Shown here piece after piece: positions 55,932 through 64,000 of a stretch of 64,000 nt of DNA. The notes beneath the pieces were generated by a model. That model made no database searches, was not told the origin of the DNA, and saw only the letters and a program-made list of their open reading frames with translations. Origin of the DNA: Nitrospirota bacterium (lineage in GTDB: Bacteria > Nitrospirota > Nitrospiria > Nitrospirales > Nitrospiraceae). A program made the translations under genes and the position numbers. Position 1 is the first letter of the stretch; every line of letters starts with the position of its first letter. The stretch covers positions 161,403 to 225,402 of the forward strand of contig CAVPGK010000006.1 of the NCBI GenBank assembly GCA_963703955.1. Direction: 5' to 3'.

Positions 55932-57338
55932 GTGTTTGCCGCATTCACCTGGTCGCCGGACGCCATCTGGATTCTAACCCAGAAGGTTTGGTGGTTTCTG
56001 ATTGTCTTGGGCGTGCTGGTGGCCTTTCACGAGCTCGGCCATTTCCTTGCAGCGCGTTGGGTGGGCGTCAAAGTCCTGAAGTTCTCATTGGGATTCGGTC
56101 CGAAACTTTTCGGCCGCCAAGTGGGTGAGACGGAATATTTGGTTTCGGCTGTTCCTCTCGGTGGCTATGTCAAGTTGTTCGGGGAGGAGGAAACCGAAGC
56201 CCTGACACCTGAGGACCGGAAGCGTGCGTTTGTCCACCAAAAGTTGCCGAGCAAGTTCTTGATTGTCGCCGCAGGGCCGGGCTTCAACTTTTTGCTGGCT
56301 TTTCTGATCTTCTCAGCATGGCTCTCAACCGGCGCGCCGCTGTTCGTGCCCACCTTTCGCGACCTGACCCCGGATGTGGAAGCCATCCGACCCGGCTCAC
56401 CCGCGGAAACGGCCGGCATCCAGGTCGGCGACCGGATTATTCGCGTCAATGACAAAGAGATTTCGACCCGGAGTGAACTCGCAGAGCACGTCGCAAAGAG
56501 CAACGGTAAAGCCTTGACGTTGGACGTCCGACGGGGAGATCAGGTGAAAACCCTGGTTGTCACCCCCAGCCCCCTCGCCCCGAGCCATGATAAGGAGGAC
56601 ACGGCCTATTCGCTCGGCATCGAGGAAACGGCTCCCATCATCACAGCCGTCATGACCGGTTCTCCGGCAAGCGCCGCAGGCTTTCGTGACGGCGATCGTG
56701 TCGTCAGCATTGAAGGACACCCGATCCAGACCTGGGGGCAGATGACCACGTTCGTCAAGGAGAGCCCCAACCATCCTCTCCGCTTCGAAGTGAGGCGAGA
56801 CGGCCGGGTCCTCTCATTGTCCGTCACCCCATCAACAGAAAAAGCCGTGGTGGACGGAAAGCCAACGGAGGTCGGCAAGATCGGCGTTTCAGGTCCTGGA
56901 CGGTCCGTTATTCGATCCTCCACGCCCGTGATGGCCCTCTTCCACGGCCTCGAGGCCACCTGGGGATGGACGGAATTGACCGCGGTCGGGATCTACAAGA
57001 TGGTGGTGGGTGAGATTTCGCGTTCCAACATCGGCGGCCCGCTCACCATCGCCAGCATTTCTGGGGAGGCGGCTTCGCAGGGCGCCTCGAGCGTGGTCTT
57101 TCTCATCGCTATCCTGAGCATTAATCTCGGGGTGCTGAACCTGCTTCCCATTCCCATTTTGGATGGCGGGCATCTTCTTTTTTTCGGGATCGAGGCGATC
57201 TTGCGCAAGCCTCTGCGGGACCGGCAGCGCGAAATTGCGCAGCAGGTGGGATTGCTCCTGCTCGTCGGCATTATGGTCTTTGCCTTCTGGAACGACATCG
57301 ACCGGATCATCCTGCCCTTGTTCAGACCGTCACCATAA
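55932..57338 (+). CDS. rseP: RIP metalloprotease RseP (two PDZ domains)
   Basis: HELGH, PLGGYVKL, AGP..N, NLLPIPILDGG. Confidence 0.96.
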   Translation: MFAAFTWSPDAIWILTQKVWWFLIVLGVLVAFHELGHFLAARWVGVKVLKFSLGFGPKLFGRQVGETEYLVSAVPLGGYVKLFGEEETEALTPEDRKRAFVHQKLPSKFLIVAAGPGFNFLLAFLIFSAWLSTGAPLFVPTFRDLTPDVEAIRPGSPAETAGIQVGDRIIRVNDKEISTRSELAEHVAKSNGKALTLDVRRGDQVKTLVVTPSPLAPSHDKEDTAYSLGIEETAPIITAVMTGSPASAAGFRDGDRVVSIEGHPIQTWGQMTTFVKESPNHPLRFEVRRDGRVLSLSVTPSTEKAVVDGKPTEVGKIGVSGPGRSVIRSSTPVMALFHGLEATWGWTELTAVGIYKMVVGEISRSNIGGPLTIASISGEAASQGASSVVFLIAILSINLGVLNLLPIPILDGGHLLFFGIEAILRKPLRDRQREIAQQVGLLLLVGIMVFAFWNDIDRIILPLFRPSP

Positions 57339-57346
57339 CACTCATC

Positions 57347-57470
57347 AGGATGTTCAAAAAGGCCTTCCAACAAGGCCGCAGGCGAAGTCAAAGCCGGAGG
57401 CGTAGCCTCTGGGCTACGTTGAGGACTTTGACGAGCCGAGAACACAGTTGGAGGCATTTTTCAACATCCT
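57347..57470. repeat. MITE-like repeat, short form
   Basis: AGGATGTTCAAAAA...TTTTTCAACATCCT inverted ends; internal AGGCCGCAGGCG and AGCCGAGAAC shared with the 48788 copy. Confidence 0.8.
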
Positions 57471-57484
57471 GAAAGAGAGGACTG

Positions 57485-59189
57485 ATGAGAACATCGCAAA
57501 CCTTGATCCCGACGCTTCGGGAAGATCCTGGCGAGGCTGAAGTCGTCAGCCATCGCCTCATGCTGAGAGCCGGCATGATTCGGAAGACGGCGGCCGGGGT
57601 CTACACCTATCTACCGCTCGGGCTTCGGGTTATTCGGAAAATTGAAGCCATCGTCCGGGAAGAGATGAACCGGGCCGGCGCCCAAGAAGTGCTCATGCCG
57701 ATCGCCTCACCGGCCGAGCTTTGGCAGGAGACCGGCCGGTGGGACTTCTACGGCAAAGAATTATTCCGGTTGAAGGATCGACACGAGCGCGATTTCTGCC
57801 TGGGGCCGACGCATGAAGAAGTGATCACGGACCTCATTCGGCGGGAGGTCCGCTCCTACCGGCAGCTGCCCGTTGAATTGCTACCAGATCCAAACCAAGT
57901 TTCGGGACGAAATCCGGCCTCGCTTCGGTCTGATGCGCGGGCGTGAGTTCATCATGAAGGATGCTTATAGCTTCGACAAGGATGAAGGTGACGCCAAGGT
58001 CAGCTATCAGAAGATGTATGATGCTTACCAACGCATCTTCACGCGTTGCGGGCTGACCTTCCGAGCCGTGGAGGCAGATACGGGGCTCATCGGCGGGAGT
58101 TCGTCTCATGAGTTCATGGTCCTGGCCGAGACGGGAGAGGAACTGGTCGTCTATACCGATGATGGTTCCTATGCCGCCAATGTCGAGCGAGCCGAACTGC
58201 TCGCATCGGCTGAGACCCCGCACGCCGCTCCTCGGCCGCTTCGCAAAGTGTCCACGCCGAACGCGCGGACGGTCGAAGAGGTGACGGCCTTGTTGAAGAC
58301 CACCCCTCAACAGCTCGTCAAGACGCTCATTTATAAGACTCCGCTGGAACCCGTCGCCGTTCTGGTCAGAGGAGACCACGAGGTCAATGAGATCAAGCTC
58401 AAGAAATTGTTGGGTGCCACCGAGCTTCAACTGGCCGATGCCGACACAATCGCCGCGGTGACCGGCGCGCCCGTCGGCTTCTCCGGACCGATCGGTCTCA
58501 AACAGATCCGCATCCTGGCCGATTACGCAGTGAAAGCGCTCTCAAACTTCGTCGTGGGCGGGAACGAGTCCGGTATCCATTACGTCGATGCCAATTGGGA
58601 TCGGGACTTTTCCGTCGAGCGGTTCACCGATCTGAGAAACGCGCAAGCCGGCGACCCCTCCCCTCGAGGCCACGGAACGTTGCGTATCGCACGAGGAATC
58701 GAAGTGGGCCATGTCTTCATGCTCGGCACCAAATACAGCAAGGCGATGGGCGCGACTTTTCTAGACCCCCAGGGCCACGAAAATCTCGCGGTCATGGGAT
58801 GCTACGGAATTGGGGTGAGTCGGACCGCGGCGGCGGCGATCGAGCAGAACCACGACGCCAAGGGTATTATTTGGCCCATGCCGATCGCGCCCTTTCACGT
58901 CCATCTGCTCCCGCTGAGTCAATCGACCCAGGTCGCGGAATTGGCCCAATCACTCTACGCCTCGCTGACCCGAGCCGGGATTGAAGTGCTTTGGGATGAC
59001 CGGGATGAACGCGCCGGCGTGAAATTCAATGACGCCGACCTGATCGGCGCCCCGTATCAGGTGGTGATCGGCGACAAGGGATTGGCCCAAGGCACCATCG
59101 AACTGAAGGCGCGGAAAACCGGTGAAGTGAAACGCCTATCCCCAAGCGATGTACTCGCCAATCTCACCGGACCTCTCGCCACGGCGTAA
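57485..59189 (+). CDS. proS: Prolyl-tRNA synthetase (apparent +1 indel at ~57870, likely sequencing error)
   Basis: [16 protein letters not shown], then [23 protein letters not shown] in the next frame; editing domain; MGCYGIG. Confidence 0.95.
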
Positions 59190-59277
59190 TGGGGCGTCTT
59201 TCGACGAGGGTTGGGGACTAACACACCTGCGTTATACCTGGCGGGGGATCGGCGGACTAGGTCCTCAGCGCTGGAGC

Positions 59278-59946
59278 TCACCCTCGTTTTGGAGATACCT
59301 CCTTAAAATTCATCGCATCCACCAGCCCTTGGCGGACTGCATAATGTGTAAGCTCCGCATTTTTTTGCATTTTCATTTTCTCGAGGATGCGAGAGCGGTA
59401 GGTGCTGATGGTTTTCGCGCTTAACCCCAAGGTCTCCGCGATTTCTCCCACGGTCTTCCCGATCGCGATCATCCCTAACACCTGATATTCGCGCGATGAG
59501 AGACGCTCGTGCAAAGGAACATTGGGGTCGCTTTCCAAGTCGAACGCCAGTTTCTCAGCCAGAGCCGGGCTGATGTATTTGCCTCCGCCGAGGACTTTGC
59601 GAATCGCCGCGATCAATTGATCCGGGGCGGATTCTTTCGTGAGATACCCCGCCGCTCCCGCCTTGAGCACGATCACCCCGTATTGTTCCTCCGAATGCAT
59701 ACTCAAGACCACGACCGGAAGAGTGGGACGTTCACGCTTGAGACTGCGCAGGACATCGAGGCCGTTGCCGTCCGGCATAGCGATATCCAACACGACGACA
59801 TCAAGCGGCTTCGTTCGCACGATATCCAACACCTGTTGTCCGGTATTGGCTTCGGCCACGACCTCGATATCAGGGGTATCGGATAGGACCTGTTTCAATC
59901 CCTTCAGCACGACCGCGTGGTCATCAGCTATGAGCGCTTTGATCAT
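59278..59946 (-). CDS. NarL/UvrY-family response regulator
   Basis: IADDH, VLDIAMP, GYLTK, LSSREYQVL..KTISTYRSRILEKM. Confidence 0.93.
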   Translation of the reverse strand: MIKALIADDHAVVLKGLKQVLSDTPDIEVVAEANTGQQVLDIVRTKPLDVVVLDIAMPDGNGLDVLRSLKRERPTLPVVVLSMHSEEQYGVIVLKAGAAGYLTKESAPDQLIAAIRKVLGGGKYISPALAEKLAFDLESDPNVPLHERLSSREYQVLGMIAIGKTVGEIAETLGLSAKTISTYRSRILEKMKMQKNAELTHYAVRQGLVDAMNFKEVSPKRG

Positions 59947-60337
59947 GGCAACCCTCGCATCTACAGTTGAGATCGTACTCGTGTGGAGTGTAGCGCCTCG
60001 CAGGAGGATGAAGAATCGGATAAATGCTGTTCTCCAGGTAGGACATCAACGTACATTCTTGTCAGCTTTCGAACCACACCGGTTGCAGAGACAACGATCT
60101 GAACTATCCGCCTGGAAATGCTTGTATTGATGCCTTCTGCGCTTCTCTTTTCAATAACTTGTCTATGGTCCTACATTGAGCCTTACCCGTTTCCCGACCC
60201 TGTGAACTCCCTTAATGAGTTCCCTGAATAGCTCTCAGATGTTTGAAGGTGTAAAAGCAAAGGTGTACGAACCTTTTCGTGCTATCTCCATCGCAAGGAG
60301 CGCAATCTCCTTCTCACTTAGAAAGGAGGACCAAACC

Positions 60338-60532
60338 ATGGCGACTTGTCCAGAATGTAACAGGAATAGTCTGGAGTTTAGCGATGTCAGGAAGGCCGCG
60401 TGGTGCCTGCATAGCGACTGCGAGTTCACCAAGCCGGTGAAAAGCCACGAGGAATACATTCGAGAATTTGAGCGCCCGGCCGAAATAGTATCCCAGACTG
60501 GGAGACCCGGACCTGGGCATGTCGGTGGATAG
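60338..60532 (+). CDS. Small zinc-ribbon protein
   Basis: AAGGAGG RBS; CPEC...WCLHSDC. Confidence 0.55.
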   Translation: MATCPECNRNSLEFSDVRKAAWCLHSDCEFTKPVKSHEEYIREFERPAEIVSQTGRPGPGHVGG

Positions 60533-60638
60533 TGCCGGTTTTATATTCTCTCATCTTCTTTCGCCTGGACTAGTCCGGCAAGGAGTTGTGTCCTGCTGCC
60601 AGGAGCGGACCCATCGGCGGTTTAGATTTGTCAACCTC

Positions 60639-60977
60639 TCAATCGTCAGGGATTCTCCGCTGTCTCGCGTATCTCCACGCCCTGAATCGCTTGATCACAT
60701 TGGCAGGCAAGAGCACGATGTTCAGGAGAACGAATCCGACTACGACCCACAGAAGAGCCGACATGATGCCCGCAAGCACCCCTCGACAAGAACCGCGAGA
60801 AATTTCAAAGAAGCGAACAAGCTCCGGATGGGCGGCAATTAGGTTGAGTAGGGCCTCCCCCGGTAGGAAAAAAGCCCACCCAAGCCATCGCCCAAGGTCG
60901 CGAATCGTAAAAGCGCCATCCCCATTCATGTCCATTACAAACTTGCTCAGAGTGGGGCACATGTTTAGGTCTCTCAT
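60639..60977 (-). CDS. Hypothetical membrane protein
   Basis: DMNGDGAFTIRD (EF-hand-like) followed by TM helices. Confidence 0.55.
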   Translation of the reverse strand: MRDLNMCPTLSKFVMDMNGDGAFTIRDLGRWLGWAFFLPGEALLNLIAAHPELVRFFEISRGSCRGVLAGIMSALLWVVVGFVLLNIVLLPANVIKRFRAWRYARQRRIPDD

Positions 60978-61123
60978 TGAATTGGTGCCGGAGACCGGGA
61001 AGTAACCTGCGTATACCTACCTAACCTGTTCCTCGCGATTCCCACTAGTTGCCCCTTGAGCGTCCGTTGCGGGTGATTCGTCACTGTAACACGACTCGCT
61101 CATTCGGTGGATCAAAAACCCTA

Positions 61124-61453
61124 TCACCATAACTTGAGTGGCTTGCCTCCAGACTCGGAGATCGCAAGGGCCGTCCAAGCCATTGTACGACCCTGCTCGG
61201 CGATTAGCGCGTACTTGTGCGGGGTATTCTTGTCTTCCCCGCCAGCCTCTAGGTACTGCAGTGATAATGTTCCAAGGGATGCACAGGCGGGTGAGGAATT
61301 GTACTTCATCCTGTGATCACGTACATCCAGCATGCATTCCTGAGCCGCATTCTTGAATGCGGTTGCCGCAAGCTCAAGTTTTGTATCGTCAGAACAGCTT
61401 GAGTGCAGAATGGCAATGAAGAGTCCTACCCCCACGGTGTTTCTTGCTTTCAT
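61124..61453 (-). CDS. Putative lipoprotein
   Basis: GGAGG RBS; MKARNTVGVGLFIAILHSSC lipobox-like N-terminus. Confidence 0.55.
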   Translation of the reverse strand: MKARNTVGVGLFIAILHSSCSDDTKLELAATAFKNAAQECMLDVRDHRMKYNSSPACASLGTLSLQYLEAGGEDKNTPHKYALIAEQGRTMAWTALAISESGGKPLKLW

Positions 61454-61625
61454 CTCGGTACCTCCAAATTGGGGAGTACACATCGATGAAGGAAATAAAA
61501 AATTGGCCAAAATTTGAGAAGGCATACCTAAGATCGTAGCCGCGACTTCCCCCCTCTGCCCCTCCTCGACCGTCTTGCAGGGCCAGCGCAGGCTGGTGAG
61601 CACGGTGAGGCCGACCGATTGGCGT

Positions 61626-62054
61626 TTAGGTGACGGCCAATTGCCGAGCGGTCAAGAGATTCGCGCCCAGGCTTCGGAGGATCTTGCCACCGATCCCTTC
61701 TTCCTCGCGCAAGAGTCCCAGGAGGAGATGTCCTTCGGTGATGTGATTGTGACCGAGGAGCCGTGCTTCGTCGACTGCATATTCTATGACTCTTCTGGCG
61801 AGGAGACTGAACGGCGGCGACCCGCCGGAGGTCATCGTAGTCTCGATGCTGGGGATTTTGCGTTCGAACTCAACACGAATCTGCTCGGCAGACAACCCCA
61901 TCTTCTTGATGATCATGAGGGCAATGCCATCCGATTGTCGGAGAATAGCTAAAACCAGGTGCTCGGTCCCCAGGCAATCGTTCTGGTGACGTTCAGCTTC
62001 CTCTCTTGCCAGAATGATCATCTTGCGACCCCCATTCGTCATTCGTTCGAACAT
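61626..62054 (-). CDS. Standalone Clp N-terminal domain protein (ClpC-like, no AAA+ domain)
   Basis: MFERMT..AREEA...GTEHLVLAIL, second repeat ITEGHLLLGLLREEEG; stops after 142 aa. Confidence 0.85.
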   Translation of the reverse strand: MFERMTNGGRKMIILAREEAERHQNDCLGTEHLVLAILRQSDGIALMIIKKMGLSAEQIRVEFERKIPSIETTMTSGGSPPFSLLARRVIEYAVDEARLLGHNHITEGHLLLGLLREEEGIGGKILRSLGANLLTARQLAVT

Positions 62055-62548
62055 CTTTCCTCCTTCATGGGGTAGCCGGTAACAGAGGAATGGCGCAGTA
62101 GACTGCGACCTCAGTCGAATAGTAGCGCGCTCGGGCCATGTGCTTCAATCGATCAGAGAAGGCCAACGAAGGGAGACCACACCATGGTACGCTTCATCAC
62201 TGCCGTTCTGTCTTCTCCAGCGTGTTCCTGACTGGTGCCGCTTCGATCTCTCCTCACTGTTCGCTAGCTCAGTACCTGCCACCGCAAGCCCCTTACTCGT
62301 GTTCAAACGTCCAGGCAACGGGCCGAACCAAGACGTGGAAGACGAGAGTGGAGATGCTGAAGGCGTTGGGCCTGGACAAGACTAAGGCCAGCTCTCTGAA
62401 GTGGTGTCTCGTGCCACGTTCAAGGGCCTGGTTCGGGAGATGAAGCGGATGGGTGTCATGGATGAAGCGGCAATGGCCGAAGTCCTCAGACGTACCAGTG
62501 AAGTGTAGTGGAAGTAGAGTCAGTCAGGCAACAACAACAATGCAGAAG

Positions 62549-64000
62549 TGTACCGCACCCGGTTTCTTGGACATTTTCTGGTGCTAGTCAGCCCGACTTC
62601 TGGTCGGGTCGCTTGACGATCGTGGCTCCTAGGGCAAATATGAGTGTCGATTTTTGCGACATCGTGAACCATACTGCCTCTCCTGCGATCATGCCGCCCT
62701 AAACGGGTGCGCGTCGGCTCGAGCTTGCACGGGCGTGCGGTGACCCAATCGTTCAATCAACCACTGAGTGTTGTACCGCTCGATGAACTCCGCGATGAAG
62801 CTCCGTGCCTCTTCGAGACTCGGGAACTGATGCAGATACAGACACTGCTCCTTGAGCGTGCGCATGAACCGTTCGGCCACTCCGTTGCATTCGGGCTCGC
62901 CGACATAGCTCGGCGAGATCGTGATGCCAAGCCATTTGACCTCGTTGATCCACGCCGCCGCGAGATACTGCGGTCCCCAATCACAGCGCAACCGCAGGCC
63001 CCGTGCCATCTCCTTGGCAAACGTCCCGTAGGCATAGCGGACTCCCTGGCGGATCGGCTCCAGCGCCGCCCACCGATCGCCGATCTTGGCCACATGCCAC
63101 CCGACCATTTCATCCGTATAGTGATCGACGGCCCCAAAGAACCAGCACCAGCCGTCCCGCTCCGTATAGAAGCGGGTCGCATCCGTGCCCCACAGGACGT
63201 CGGGACGGTCCGTGGTGATCGTGCCGTCGTGCGCGGGGTTCCCATTGGGTGGGCCCAACCGCCGGGGCGCCAGCAAGCCCTGCTGGCGCATCAGCCGCAA
63301 GACGCGCTTGCCGCCCACGGCGATCCCACGGTGCGCGAGGCGTGTTCGGACCTTGCGGTATCCCTCGCCATGAAACGGACAGCCGCCGAGACCGTCCGGA
63401 TCCCGGCGATGACCTCCGCATCACTCCACCGGGTCTGCGGACCGCGCTTCTGCAGGGGCCGCGTCGATGGCTGAGGGCGTCCCCCAGCGTACACGCTGGA
63501 GCGCGCTACCCGGTAGACCTCACAGATGAGCCGCAGCGGGTAGCGGCGTCCCTGCCGGGGCTCACACCGCTTCTCATGGCTTGCGCTTCTTCCACTCGTC
63601 CACGAGCCCCCTTTTTTCAATGAGGTCTTCCGCGAGCTCAAGCCGCATCGTCAACTCCCCGATTTCTTGGCCCGCGTGCGGATTAACTCCCGGTCTTCCG
63701 GCTCAAGGTGCCGCTTGAGCCCGCGCATGCCGGCATCCAGAAACGCGCGTTTCCAACTCTCCAGTTCATGGGCCGGCACCTGGCTGTCCCGTGAGACGCT
63801 GTCGAGGGATTCCCCGCGCAGCACGCGGAGCACCAGCTCCATCTTGCGCGGGGCACTCCAGCGCTCCGGGGAGATCCTTGGCTCCGAGTTCGTTGCGCGG
63901 TCGTCTGCTGGTGTGGGCTTCTGCGAGGTGGTTTCCATGTCCGACCTCCTTGGTCACCGTATTGTGAGCAGCTAATTCAGTGTCCAAAGAAACCGGGTCC
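62549..64000 (-). mobile_element. IS3-family insertion sequence (orfA/orfB frameshifted), runs to the window edge
   Basis: TIRs TGTACCGCACCCGGTTTCTTGGACA (62549) and TGTCCAAAGAAACCGGGT.C (63981); orfA HTH 63651-63938; orfB DDE motifs WGTD, DWGPQY, NGVAERFMRTLKE. Confidence 0.88.

Noticed and set aside
57860..57885. proS pseudogene or programmed frameshift
   Set aside because: One extra C in a short C-run (CTGCCCGTTG) in an essential gene, with similar indels elsewhere in the window; sequencing error is more likely.
63560..63670. IS3 programmed -1 frameshift site
   Set aside because: Several indels break both orfA and orfB, so a programmed site cannot be separated from error or decay.
1..64000. 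cas genes, reverse transcriptase (retron/DGR), luxI, rRNA
   Set aside because: No diagnostic motifs seen in the ORF track or the sequence.

Overview
GC-rich bacterial window, probably Nitrospira/Nitrospirota (inferred from gene content and repeat style, not from a search). Left part (~1-45 kb) is an accessory region of decayed tRNA-targeting integrative elements. It holds one intact tRNA-Ser(GCT), att-like fragments of tRNA-Ser(TGA), tRNA-Ser(GCT) and a split tRNA-Arg(ACG), and four tyrosine-integrase remnants. Its cargo is surface/biofilm related: two paralogous filamentous-haemagglutinin-family exoproteins, two LuxR solos, a PEP-CTERM protein, polysaccharide export, GT2 and methyltransferase genes, and a ~3100-aa lipase-domain RTX protein with an upstream partner. 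Right part (~45-60 kb) is core genome (family-4 UDG, DLH, pmbA-tldD, uppS-cdsA-dxr-rseP-proS, NarL-type regulator), followed by small ORFs and an IS3-family element. Most interesting unexplained signals: (i) a conserved non-coding module repeated ~9 times in one orientation between single cargo genes, in runs ending at tRNA att sites (cassette-array-like or cos-like); (ii) a bipartite palindromic cis-element shared by LuxR-solo, Asp-less receiver and adhesin promoters; (iii) a tRNA-Arg(ACG) present only in pieces, with a 5'-half-replacing element; (iv) mini-elements carrying an antisense copy of the neighbouring tRNA T-arm; (v) an orphan two-repeat CRISPR-like mini-array near an RHH ORF and a putative HEPN gene. 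A frameshift in essential proS suggests sequencing indel errors, so frameshift-only pseudogene calls are uncertain.
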